A stretch of 64,000 nt of DNA from Saccharicrinis sp. (lineage in GTDB: Bacteria; Bacteroidota; Bacteroidia; Bacteroidales; Marinilabiliaceae), in the NCBI GenBank assembly GCA_965230625.1, contig CBDDLL010000001.1:522689-586688 (forward strand), in the 5' to 3' direction. The translations under genes were made by a program, and so were the position numbers. The notes under the pieces were generated by a model. It was not told where the DNA came from and ran no database searches. It worked only from the letters and a program-made list of their open reading frames with translations. Shown here in pieces: positions 38,974-49,700 of the stretch (its first letter is position 1; each line of letters opens with the position of its first letter).

Positions 38974-39047
38974 GGTAGCCGCACCAGGACTCGAACCTGG
39001 ATCTATTGTTTAGGAAACAACTATTCTATCCCTTGAACTATGCAGCC
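38974..39047 (-). tRNA. tRNA-Arg (anticodon CCT)
   Basis: Hand-folded cloverleaf: acceptor GGCTGCA/TGCGGCT (two G-U pairs), D stem GTTC/GAAT, anticodon stem GTTGT/ACAAT with loop TT-CCT-AA, and T arm CCAGG-TTCGAGT-CCTGG. Discriminator is A, and CC (not CCA) is encoded. Confidence 0.85.
38975..38987. repeat. Direct repeat GTAGCCGCACCAG, proximal att copy (inside tRNA-Arg 3' end)
   Basis: Identical to 32488-32500. Confidence 0.65.
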
Positions 39048-39116
39048 ATCAGCTTAAAGCGATGCAAATATATAATTTTTAACGCAATTTTAACAACGAA
39101 AAGTTTGTTATAAAAA

Positions 39117-39140
39117 AGGCTGCCCCAGAAGAGACAGCCT
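39117..39140 (-). terminator. Hairpin terminator after OMP gene copy 1
   Basis: AGGCTG / CAGCCT stem with a T-run on the minus strand. The same hairpin recurs at 43244-43267. Confidence 0.5.
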
Positions 39141-39163
39141 AAAAATAAGTTGTGCATTGAGAG

Positions 39164-39937
39164 TCAAAATGTAAAACCTACTTTAAACATTGGATTGGAA
39201 AAAATACCAATGGTATGGTTATCTGCATCTCCTGCTTCCATTCCTGGTTGCGGGAATATACGATTTACCGAATACATGTAGCTAAAAACTTTTATTTCTA
39301 GTCCAAGAAAAAAGCCTTGAGCCACATAATAATCAACACCAGTTACAACACTTCCTCCTAAACCATAAGTTTCAGAAACACGCTCACCCAAATCATCTTC
39401 AAGAAGAGTAAAATCTTTTCTTTGCGAATAACTACCGTTGAGCTGACCACCAGCATAAGGATATAAACGATCATTACCAACCGAGAATAAATAATCAGCA
39501 CCTACATTACCTACAAATTGATACCTTGTACTTGATGGTACATCTGCATAGTTAGGAATAATCATTGTAGGCAGTCCTGAATCATAATCATAATTATCAT
39601 CTGGATTGCGTACTCCCGGAATATCTTGTTGAGCCGGAGTATTGCTGATTAATCCCATTCCACTTAATCTAACTGCAAGATTACTCGACAAATAGTACTT
39701 CCCCTCTACACCAATCATATTAATCAATGAATTGCTATTGGTAGAAGCGGATGAATTCGATGGAGCATAAATGGAATATGTACTTTGGTTTTTAGTAAGA
39801 TACTGAACATCATTTAAATTCTCAGCTCTACCAAGTTGTAATGATAACGAAACATCACCTGCTTGTGGTCCAAATCCTTGAGCCATAACCAAACAGGTGC
39901 TCATGGTTAAGACAATACTAAATATAATTTTCTTCAT
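39164..39937 (-). CDS. Outer-membrane beta-barrel protein (OmpA-N/OMP_b-brl-like), copy 1
   Basis: Signal peptide (CLVMAQG), alternating-hydrophobic strands, and a terminal ...FKVGFTF with C-terminal Phe. Confidence 0.65.
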   Translation of the reverse strand: MKKIIFSIVLTMSTCLVMAQGFGPQAGDVSLSLQLGRAENLNDVQYLTKNQSTYSIYAPSNSSASTNSNSLINMIGVEGKYYLSSNLAVRLSGMGLISNTPAQQDIPGVRNPDDNYDYDSGLPTMIIPNYADVPSSTRYQFVGNVGADYLFSVGNDRLYPYAGGQLNGSYSQRKDFTLLEDDLGERVSETYGLGGSVVTGVDYYVAQGFFLGLEIKVFSYMYSVNRIFPQPGMEAGDADNHTIGIFSNPMFKVGFTF

Positions 39938-40026
39938 AAGGATAAGGATTAAAATTCAAAAAATTCATTTTATGGCGGAAATTGAATTTCCGCCAATTAA
40001 TTTATAACAATTATGAACCCTAACCC

Positions 40027-42096
40027 TTAGTCAGCTAATTCAGCATCTAACCTAGCTTTGTAATCGTCTGCTATATCCTGTTGTGCAACTAACCTGCTTT
40101 GGTATTCTGCTAATCTGGCTTCATCATCTGCAATTAATTGTTGCAAGTTAGCAATTGTTGCATCATAAGTATCATTCGCTTCCTCAATATCTTTTTCAGC
40201 AGCTGCAATACTCTCTTGTTTATCCGCAATTTCGTCTTGCTTATCTTCTATTTGAGAATCTAAATCCTCTATATCATCATTTAAAGCTTCAAGTTCAGTT
40301 TCAAAATCAGTTAAATAACCATTCAATTCTAGAGCACTTTTTAAGGTCTCTTTTACTCCTTTTTGGCTAGTAAGGCTTGCTATTTCATCTTGGATATCGT
40401 CCTTAGCAGTTAGAGCAGTATTTGCCTCATCCATATATGTTGCCATTTGAGCAACAACATCATCAAATTGGTCAAGGGCATCATCATACGTATTTTCTAC
40501 CTCCTGAAGCTCTGCAACTAAATCTGCTTTTTCTTGTGTAAGTCTAACCACCTCATTATTTGCATCGTCTATATCCTTGTTGTGTTCTCTGATATTTGCT
40601 TGATGATTCTTAATAGCATCAGTTAAACTACTAATAGTGCCTTCTGTATCATTATAATTATCTAAAGCCACATCATAAATAGCAAAAGCTTCTGTTTGAG
40701 CATTGGATTTATCACTATAGTCACTTAGTGCATCAGTACGTGCGTCTAAAGCATCGTCTCTTGCTTGCTCTTTTGCAGCGTTGGCTTGATCTTGATTCCA
40801 AATTTCCCACGCTAACTGATATGCATCATCAGCATCTTGATATTCTGCCCAAGCCATATTTGTAGCTTGTACAGCATTTTCATATGCATCTTCATATGTG
40901 TCCAGCTCATCAGACCTATCTTCTAAACTGGCTGTGTATTCAGCAAGAGTTGCCTGATTATTTGTGATATCTTCATTTCTTTCAGTAATGTTATTTTGTA
41001 ATTCTTCTATATCTGCAAGCTTATTTTCAATATCTACTTGTTTAGCTAAAGTATCTTCCTTAAGATCATAAATTGTTTTTGGTCCATTACTAATTGTATC
41101 TATGATTTCGGTGTAAAGGCCATTTCTATAATCATCCTCTGTTTTTTGAACATTAGTTAAAGCTTCTTCAGCATTGGCTAATTCTCTATCTTTGGTAGCA
41201 ATTTGATTATCTAAAGCTTGTATTTCTGCTTCTACTGCTTCAAGAGCATCTGCAATTGCTGTAGCTTCTGCACCCTTTAGTCCCTCTAATGTAGTTATTG
41301 CATCTTCAGTTTCTGTTTTTTCAGTTTCTAAATCAGCAATTTCATCGTTTAAGTCAGCAATTTCGTCATTCCAAACGTCAATTTCATCTTGAAGATCAAT
41401 CGAATCCGTATTTTCAATATACGTTAGTTGAATTTTTTGTGTTTCAATGTCTAGTTGTAATCCTGTAATCATACCTCTTAGCATAATTACTTGATCTAGT
41501 GCATTTTGGAATTGACCTAAATATTCAGCAGCATTATTAGCAACTTCATCCCTACCATCTTTTTCATACTGACGTATTAATGCTTCGTACTGATTAGTAG
41601 CTGTTAACAATGCCTGTTGTGCAGCAATTAGATCAGCCTCTGCCCTAACAGCCTCTTCGGCAATTGCATTTGTTGTTTGTGCAAGCAATAATTCTTGTGC
41701 TGCTTGTTGAGCTGCATATTGTGCTTTCCAAAGTTCCAACTCTGCTAGAATTCTTTCCTTTTCTGCTTCGTTTTCTGCTTCCATTAAATCTGCTTCCAAC
41801 TCTTTCATTTCTGCTTCTGCTTCCGCTTTTCTTGCATTGGCTTCAATAATTGCTACTTCAGCTTGTTCTTGTAAAGCGATTGCATTTTGTACAGCAGCTT
41901 GAGCTGCGGTAAGAGCTGCTTGAGCATCAGCTGCTGTTTTGGTTGCTTCGGCTTGCGCGTTATACAACGCAGCTTGAGCATTCCTTAGTGCCAATACACC
42001 ATCTGATTCTTTATTTTCTACACAACCAGTAAAGGTCACACTTAATGCTAATGCCATTCCTAAAAAAGGCATTAAGTTACGGTTTGAAAGTTTCAT
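40027..42096 (-). CDS. Acidic Ala/Glu/Asp-rich coiled-coil lipoprotein (689 aa), copy 1
   Basis: Lipobox LSVTFTGC. Heptad-like, Cys-free, highly acidic sequence throughout. It sits upstream of and co-oriented with the OMP gene. Confidence 0.6.
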   Translation of the reverse strand: MKLSNRNLMPFLGMALALSVTFTGCVENKESDGVLALRNAQAALYNAQAEATKTAADAQAALTAAQAAVQNAIALQEQAEVAIIEANARKAEAEAEMKELEADLMEAENEAEKERILAELELWKAQYAAQQAAQELLLAQTTNAIAEEAVRAEADLIAAQQALLTATNQYEALIRQYEKDGRDEVANNAAEYLGQFQNALDQVIMLRGMITGLQLDIETQKIQLTYIENTDSIDLQDEIDVWNDEIADLNDEIADLETEKTETEDAITTLEGLKGAEATAIADALEAVEAEIQALDNQIATKDRELANAEEALTNVQKTEDDYRNGLYTEIIDTISNGPKTIYDLKEDTLAKQVDIENKLADIEELQNNITERNEDITNNQATLAEYTASLEDRSDELDTYEDAYENAVQATNMAWAEYQDADDAYQLAWEIWNQDQANAAKEQARDDALDARTDALSDYSDKSNAQTEAFAIYDVALDNYNDTEGTISSLTDAIKNHQANIREHNKDIDDANNEVVRLTQEKADLVAELQEVENTYDDALDQFDDVVAQMATYMDEANTALTAKDDIQDEIASLTSQKGVKETLKSALELNGYLTDFETELEALNDDIEDLDSQIEDKQDEIADKQESIAAAEKDIEEANDTYDATIANLQQLIADDEARLAEYQSRLVAQQDIADDYKARLDAELAD

Positions 42097-43243
42097 AGTT
42101 ACTAAATTAATTAAACATTGATTTTATGTAAATTACAGTATTTGAACTTCAATTAGTAACTTTAATTTAGAGCATAAATTTTCGCTTGAATATTAACCTT
42201 ATTTATATGTGACTAATTGTCCTTTTTTAATGTTATTCGTGTATTTTTTTATGACTAAAACACTTTTTTATAAAAACAATATTAACCCAAAAAAAGTTAT
42301 TTTGCGTAACAAACTAAGCAAGTACAGTAAATGTTATTTTACATATGTGTTTTAAGTATCTAAATGCTGATATACAATACATAACCTGAATGACGATTTT
42401 TTATTTCTAAATTATGCCATTTAATGATCCTATTTTTTAAACAGCTATATATGTGTCCTTTATGTAAATTGATAGAATGATAAAAATCTGTCAAATATTA
42501 ATTCATATGAAGTTATTTTTTACCAACGTTTTCTATTCGCCTCACCTAGTGCGCTTTATGGTATTTCCCTAAGAAATAACTTTTAGAAAGTGACATATAC
42601 TTAATGATTAAATTTACTCCAAGAGCTTCTATTCGCTTATAATATTTCAGGATTTTAGATGAGTATTTTTAATAAATACATTTTATGTTTGCAAAAAAAT
42701 TCGTAGAACTATAAATTATTCATATATAATCTAATACGATAAATAAAAAGGGTTAATTAAAGATTCACATAATTGGATCAATCTCTTATGGATAAAAGAT
42801 TTTATTATGGTTGAACATTACATGTAATATATGTACTCCTAATAAAGATATTAGATACTTGTTTTAATAGAAAAGTCAAAAATGAGATAGATCTAATACT
42901 GATTAATCTGTATGATTTTATCGAAATAAGAGGATAATAAGTAGGTTCGAAACTATAAATGTTAGTAATTTAATTTCAATAGATCCGTCTTTTAGGGAAA
43001 GTTTAACCGGATTATGTATTAGAATTTCGTTATGAACATTGAAAATGCAATTATTGCGATAAATGAATGCAGTGCCAAGTTTTTCTTGGGCAATGCTGAA
43101 CAAAGCAATAATCAGAAACTAATAAAACAAGGCTTTAGCGAAACGAGGCATAGCATCGTTCTGGTGGAGAGAAGCAACGAAGTGACTTGTTTTGAAGTAA
43201 TTTCAACGTGTAATAGATTTTCTAATGCATATTACAAGTTTAA

Positions 43244-43267
43244 AGGCTGCCCCAAAAGAGACAGCCT
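43244..43267 (-). terminator. Hairpin terminator after OMP gene copy 2
   Basis: Same AGGCTGCCCCA.AAGAGACAGCCT element as at 39117-39140. Confidence 0.5.
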
Positions 43268-43289
43268 AAGTATAGTTGTGTATTGAGAG

Positions 43290-44057
43290 TTAAAATGTAA
43301 AACCTACTTTAAACATTGGATTGGAGAAAATACCAATGGTATGGTTATCTGCATCTCCTGCTTCCATTCCTGGTTGCGGGAATATACGATTTACCGAATA
43401 CATATAGCTAAAAGCTTTTATTTCTATACCTAGAAAAAAGCCTTGAGCCACATAATAATCTACGCCAGTTACTACACTTCCTCCTAAACCATAGGTTTCG
43501 GAAACACGCTCTCCTAAATCGTCTTCTACAAGAGTAAAGTCTTTTCTCTGTGAGTAACTACCGTTTAATTGACCACCAACGTATGGGTAAATACGATCAT
43601 TACCTACTGAGAATAAATAATCTGCTCCTAAATTACCAACAAATTGATACCTTGTACTTGATGGTACATCTGCGTAATTAGGAATACTCATTGAAGGTAA
43701 TCCTGATTCAGGATCATAGTTTGGATTTGGTACTCCCGGAATATCTTGCTGAGCCGGAGTATTACTAATTAGTCCCATTCCACTTAATCTAAGTGCAAAG
43801 CTACTTGACAAATAATACTTTCCCTCTACCCCTATCATATTAATCAACGAATTACTATTAGTTGATGCAGATGAATTCGATGGAGCATAAATGGAATATG
43901 TACTTTGGTTTTTAGTAAGATACTGAACATCATTTAAATTCTCAGCTCTACCTAGTTGTAGTGATAACGAAACATCACCTGCCTGTGGTCCAAATCCTTG
44001 AGCCATAACCAAACAGGCACTCATAGTTAAGACAATACTAAAAATAATTTTCTTCAT
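43290..44057 (-). CDS. Outer-membrane beta-barrel protein, copy 2
   Basis: Near-identical to 39164-39937. Differences cluster in one segment, VPNPNYDPESGLPSMSI vs VRNPDDNYDYDSGLPTMII. Confidence 0.65.
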   Translation of the reverse strand: MKKIIFSIVLTMSACLVMAQGFGPQAGDVSLSLQLGRAENLNDVQYLTKNQSTYSIYAPSNSSASTNSNSLINMIGVEGKYYLSSSFALRLSGMGLISNTPAQQDIPGVPNPNYDPESGLPSMSIPNYADVPSSTRYQFVGNLGADYLFSVGNDRIYPYVGGQLNGSYSQRKDFTLVEDDLGERVSETYGLGGSVVTGVDYYVAQGFFLGIEIKAFSYMYSVNRIFPQPGMEAGDADNHTIGIFSNPMFKVGFTF

Positions 44058-44145
44058 AAGGATAAGGATTAAAATTCAAAATTTCATTTTATGGCGGAAG
44101 TTTCACTTCCGCCAATTATATTTATTACAAATATGAACCTAATCC

Positions 44146-46200
44146 TTAGTCTTCTAATGCAGCATCTAAATCGGCTTTGTAATCTGCTACTAAAGCATCT
44201 TGAGCAGCTAATTGATTTTCTAACTCAGCCAATTGTGCTTCTTTGTTAGCAATACGTTCCTCGAAACGCGTTTTAGTAGCTGTTCCTTTTGCAATATCTT
44301 CATTAGCTTTCTCAATGGCATTTTCAAGTTTGATAATAGACTCTTCTATTCCTTCTATACCATCAGCTTCATTACCTTTTATTGCATCTTGAAGTTTACT
44401 TATATCTTCTTTTAAACTAGCAATTTCCTTTTCTAAATCATCTATATTAGTTGTTAATGCTTCTATCAAATCTTCATTAATCTTAATTTCAGCTTCTATT
44501 GCATCAACTTCTTTTTGCAAATCCTCATATAATTCCTTAGCATCCTTTGCTGTTTTTACTAATGCATCATATTGAGAACGCGTTGATGCATAATCCGCAA
44601 TTGCCTTATTATATTCAGCTGTTAATTCATTTAATTTAGCCTGCTTCTCTACAACTTCTTGCTCTTTCTTAGCATTTTCATCATTAAATTTCTTTATTGA
44701 TTCATTCGCACTAGCAATAGACGTATTGATGTTTGCTTTACCATTCTCAGTAATACTTACCTCATTATTAGCCGCTTCTAACTGATTTTTAGCATTAGTA
44801 TAAATTGCTTCAGCATCGTTTAGTTTATCAGTAGCATTGGTTAATACTTTATTAGCTTCAATCAATTCTTTATTAGCATCTTCAAGAGCTTTTAGGTTTG
44901 TTGTGCTTGCTTCAACATCAACTGCAGCTTGAGCAGCTTTAACATTTTCATTTGCAGTAGTTACAGCTGCTTCTGCTGCTTCTTTAGCAACTTCAGCATC
45001 TTTGTATTTTGAATTTGCAGAATTGTATTCAATCTTACGCGTAGTTTGATTTTTAATTTCTTCTGATAATTTAGCGTTTAATACATTTATATTCTGATTT
45101 AAACCTTCAATTTCTGTATTTTTATTAGCAATAAGATCAAGGTTTGTATTAATTGCTTCATTTGTAGTAATGATGTCTTGCTCTAAAACCTTAATATCTT
45201 CTGGTAAACTACTTATTGTATCAGTTAATGGTTCATATACATAATTATAGTAAGCATCGCGCTCAGCATTCGCTGTTTTTTGTCCTGCATCAGCATTATC
45301 AAAGTCACGTTTCTTAGCTTCTAAATTAGTTTTTAGTGTTGCTAATTCTCCATTTAAATTATTAACAGTAGTCTCAACAGTAGTTGATTCTGCACCTAAA
45401 ACTCCATCTAGAACTACAACTGCAGCCTCTAAATTAGCAATATCAGATTCTTTCTCTAATTTGTCTTCTTCCAAATCTGCAATACTTTCGTTGTATGCAG
45501 CAATTTCTCTCTCACTCCATACTTTGTCATCATCAGTTTCGTAGTTTGCCAATGTTAACTTATCACTTTCAATATCAAATTTTAATTCAGTAATTTGACT
45601 ACGTAAACTTCTAACAGTCCCTAAGGCTAAACTATATTTTTCATATGCAATAAGAGCCTCATCATCTTCTTTTGCTTTAAGTTCAGCCTTAATGTCTAAC
45701 AAAGCAATTTTAAGGTTTTTATCTGCTTCTTCAAGTGCTTTCTCTGCATTTAATTTTGCTACTTCAATATCATTTTTAGCAGTAATTAAAAAAGCATCTT
45801 GTTGAGCTTTATAAACAGCCAAAGCTGCTTCTTGTCTTTCTAACTCAATTCTCAATAATTCAATGTCATGTTCATTTTGAGATTGAGCCATTTCAGCTTT
45901 CAATTCTGCAATATTAGCTTCTGCAGCAGCTTCTCTCGCTTGAGCTTCAATAATTGCTACTCTTGCTTGTTCTTGTGCAGCTTTTGCTGTTTCAACAGCT
46001 GTTAAAGCAGCCTTGTAAGCAGCCTCTGCGTCAGCTTCAGTTTTGGTTGCTTCCGCTTGTGCGTTATACAACGCAGCTTGAGCATTTCTTAGTGCTAGTA
46101 CACCATCTGATTCCTTGTTTTCTACACAACTAGTAAAGGTTAAGCTTAATGCTAATGCCGATCCAAAAATTGGCATTAAGTTACGGTTTGAAAATTTCAT
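44146..46200 (-). CDS. Acidic coiled-coil lipoprotein (684 aa), copy 2
   Basis: Lipobox LTFTSC. The first ~55 aa and last ~30 aa closely match copy 1, while the core is collinear but strongly diverged. Confidence 0.6.
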   Translation of the reverse strand: MKFSNRNLMPIFGSALALSLTFTSCVENKESDGVLALRNAQAALYNAQAEATKTEADAEAAYKAALTAVETAKAAQEQARVAIIEAQAREAAAEANIAELKAEMAQSQNEHDIELLRIELERQEAALAVYKAQQDAFLITAKNDIEVAKLNAEKALEEADKNLKIALLDIKAELKAKEDDEALIAYEKYSLALGTVRSLRSQITELKFDIESDKLTLANYETDDDKVWSEREIAAYNESIADLEEDKLEKESDIANLEAAVVVLDGVLGAESTTVETTVNNLNGELATLKTNLEAKKRDFDNADAGQKTANAERDAYYNYVYEPLTDTISSLPEDIKVLEQDIITTNEAINTNLDLIANKNTEIEGLNQNINVLNAKLSEEIKNQTTRKIEYNSANSKYKDAEVAKEAAEAAVTTANENVKAAQAAVDVEASTTNLKALEDANKELIEANKVLTNATDKLNDAEAIYTNAKNQLEAANNEVSITENGKANINTSIASANESIKKFNDENAKKEQEVVEKQAKLNELTAEYNKAIADYASTRSQYDALVKTAKDAKELYEDLQKEVDAIEAEIKINEDLIEALTTNIDDLEKEIASLKEDISKLQDAIKGNEADGIEGIEESIIKLENAIEKANEDIAKGTATKTRFEERIANKEAQLAELENQLAAQDALVADYKADLDAALED

Positions 46201-46744
46201 AGTTACTTTCTTCTTTAATTAAAAATTGATTAAATAATTAATTTGATTATTGTTTTAAAATTAATCGGCGGCAAGATATATTATGAAGATTTGTACGAAT
46301 TTTAACTTCTCTAAAATGTGATTAACACACTTATTAATGTGACTAATGGTATTTTTTTTGTGATTAAATGACTTTTTTGCTAATATGTCTTTAATTCAGA
46401 TAATGTTATTTTTATTGATGAATAATATAAGTACAATAAATGTTATTTTACATATATTTAAAAACCATCAACTTATTGAACAATAATAGATAACATAAGA
46501 AAGTTAAAATTCTTCTCAAATGAACCTTAAAAATACTTAATTTGAGTATTTACCTGAATACCTGACCAATAGTGTTTTTAACATAATGATATTGTTGAGC
46601 TTAAAGCTAGCACATATGTAGTTATTTTTAAAAAAACCTTCATACATCACTCATATACTGAATGTTATACCTATTTGTTAAAATAAGTAAAAAAAAGATC
46701 GGAATTTTAGGATAGTATGTTCGAAAAATGTGGTTGTGTTTATT

Positions 46745-46777
46745 AAATAAAAAAACCCGGTATATGTTATCCGGGTT
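46745..46777 (-). terminator. Intrinsic terminator after the T9SS cargo gene
   Basis: AACCCGG / CCGGGTT stem (46754-46777), with a T-run on the minus strand. Confidence 0.55.
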
Positions 46778-46799
46778 CCACAAATTAAAGTCTTATTAG

Positions 46800-49700
46800 C
46801 TATTTAATAATTAATCTAAATTCCTTCTTTTGATCGTTAGTTCTTACTTTTAAAATATATATTCCTCTGCTTATTCTATTAAGCTTAATATTCATGTAAT
46901 TTGAAGACTGTTTATTATGAATATAATCTTTCTTTATTCCATCTAGAGTATATATCTCTGCACTTAGAATTTTAGACTTTGCTTTGATATTAACAACACT
47001 TGATGCCGGATTTGGATAAACTACAAAGTCATGCTCCTTAAAAGTATCTTTATAAACAGATGATCTTAGTTCTCCATTACTAACATTCAGGTTATAGTCT
47101 TCTACCTGGCCATAATTAAATGATGCTTCACATGCTGTTGGATCACCATTGTATTCCAAACTTATACGCATGCGTGTATTACCTACTAATGCACCTGAAG
47201 GAACTATTATTTCCAAGGTTCTTGTGTTAGCTCCAGATGCTTGCCCCAGATCGTAGCTTTCACCAGCATCATTAAAATCACAATCCTGATTCCAATCTAT
47301 GAAAGCCCAATAGTTTTCAGTCCAATTTCCTGTTGAGCCTGCTGAAACTGAAAGGGTATATGTGTTTCCTATAACAACATTGGTTGACTTGCTTGTGAAA
47401 TCTTCATAACCAGATGTTGTATTCTCTGAGTTATCAAGAGTATTAAAGGATACGTTACTAATCCACTCCTCACCAGCATTACCAGAAGATGAATTACAAT
47501 AACTGCAAGTAGCTTCTGTTACGGTTATATACCCTGTTTTTATTTCTGTATCAGTTCCTCCTGCATTGGTTGCTGTTAAAGTTACATTATATGTGCCTGC
47601 AGTATTATAGGTTACTGTTGGAGATTCTACAGTGCTACTCGCAGGTGTTCCTCCATCAAATGTCCATGACCAGGATGTCGGTGAATTAGTTGATTGATCT
47701 GTAAACGTAACTGACCCTCCTTCTACAATTGCTACAGCATCTGCACTAAAATCGGCTACCGGTACACTAACTGCAGTTCCACTTGTAAGAGAAATATTAT
47801 CGATACATATGTCACTGGTGTAACCTGAACCTGTTATAGCATTAAACCTTATTTTAACATTTGATTGGTTAATGTATGAACTTAAATCAACGCTAGCCGA
47901 TAGCCAGTTGTTACCTTGATCACCGGATTTAGTCCATTCTGTATTCCAGTTAGCTCCATCATTAGTACTCACCTGAATATTTAATGTGCCCATGGCCGAG
48001 CCATACATATGATATTTAAAGCTTAGCTCAGCACTATTAATACTTGATAGATCAAAGCATTCAGAATCAATATTGGCTACTTTATCAGGATTGTTTGGGC
48101 TTGATGATTCTACATATAAATAGTAAGATCCCTCTACCGCTGAAGATGCTCCTGTATTTTGAGATGGTGTTGATCCTGTTTGATGAGTCCAATCTAAGTC
48201 GTCTCCTGTTTGTTGTACAAAATTACCCACACCACTTTCTAAGTCTTCTGAGTAAGGCAATGTGGCACAGCTACCTCCAGTACTACCCGAATCTTTAAAT
48301 CCATCACTTGTAAATAGACCTCTTCCGTAAGTTGCAGCTAACACCATATGATCCGATGATCGGTATTTTAACATGTCTACCCTTACATTTGCCAAACCTG
48401 AGTTGGATGGTATCCAATTCGGTGAAGTATCGTTAAAGTTAGTTGATGTCCAAACACCAACATCGGTGGCCAAAATCATTTCGTTTCGATCTAATGGATT
48501 AAATAAAGCCCAACGAACTGGCATATCAGGTAAATTACCTTCTTTGTTTGTCCACGATGATCCTCCATCTGCAGTATACCATACCGATACAACTCCATAA
48601 TTTGAAAATATGGCTACAATTTCATTTTCATTGGCGCCTATTTCAACGCACTTTATGGTTCCCGTAGGAAAATTAGCCCCAGTTATTTCTGTTTGTGATG
48701 GTGTGCTTGTATTGGCATTGGTAATCTTAAATAGTTTACCTGTTCCAGTACCTGCAAATATTGTTGTTGATGCAGTTGTATAAGGAGAAACAGTTAAACA
48801 TGATGATTTGTCGTAATAAAAATGTGTTCCTAGATTTACCGGTACTTTTCCTATTGTATTGTTACTTCCCACATCACTTATCTTATTCAGTTCCGAATTT
48901 GAAAATGTAGTATAGAGTATATTCAAATTATGATCGTATGCAGCTGGATTAATAAATTGTCCTCCAGATTCGTTTTGAACCACAGAAAATGAAGAACCTC
49001 CATTATTTGATACCTTGTAATAAAGAGTCTGGGCAGATACAATCTGAATATTGGGATTGTCTTTGTCAATAAATGTAAAACATCCATCTCCTCCTCCAAC
49101 TGTTCGTGTTACGTCAATACCGGCACCATCAAATTGCTGACTTCCATTATCCTGACAACCTGCCAAAAAGTAATTACTCCCATTACCCGGATGTATGGCA
49201 CAAGCATAATATTGTGTAACATTATACCTGTTGTTCATTAACTCAAAAGAATGGCTTCCAGATGTAAGGTTATTTGAATAGTAAATTCCTCCGTCGTTTC
49301 CAAAAATGGCTTCTGATGAAGAATTTCCTCTAAACACAATAGCATGCTGATCGGAGTGCAATGATGGATATGGATAACTTGATAATTGCTCCCAGCTTTG
49401 TGTTGCATCGTTGGTTCTATACATATTAATTACCCCTAAATAAAGAGTTTCCTCATCGTTAGGATCAACTTGTATAATAAGGTCGTACCATGCTTGCGAT
49501 CTTGAAAAATCCTCTCCCATCGCATGATCGGTTGGCATACTTATCGCATTGTTCCAACTGACACCTTTGTTGGTTGAAAAATAAATCCCCTCAACATCCC
49601 ATTGTCCGGCAGCAACAGCATACACATAATTGGCATTGGATGGTGCAACGGCAATTTCAACTCGTCCGGCATCTGTTGGTAAAAAGGTATGCGAGGTCCA

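Noticed and set aside
42097-42165. Invertible-promoter (phase-variation) switch upstream of the coiled-coil genes, given the nearby tyrosine recombinase
   Set aside because: I found only a short imperfect inverted repeat (AGTTACTAAAT / ATTAGTAACT). It is absent from the second copy, and no flanking ~20-bp IR pair is present.
43032-43286. ORF 43032-43286(+) in the spacer between the duplicated modules
   Set aside because: Its 3' end runs through the duplicated terminator hairpin of the OMP gene. It has no signal or motifs, so it is probably fortuitous.
40155-44415. Antisense ORFs inside the coiled-coil genes (40155-40370, 41664-41849, 44233-44415)
   Set aside because: These are shadow frames of low-complexity GAA/GCT-rich coding sequence, with Leu/Phe-rich nonsense composition.
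39164-46200. Diversity-generating retroelement as the cause of coiled-coil core divergence
   Set aside because: No reverse transcriptase gene or template-repeat/variable-repeat pair is present in or near the locus. The divergence is spread across the whole core rather than confined to adenine-specific sites.
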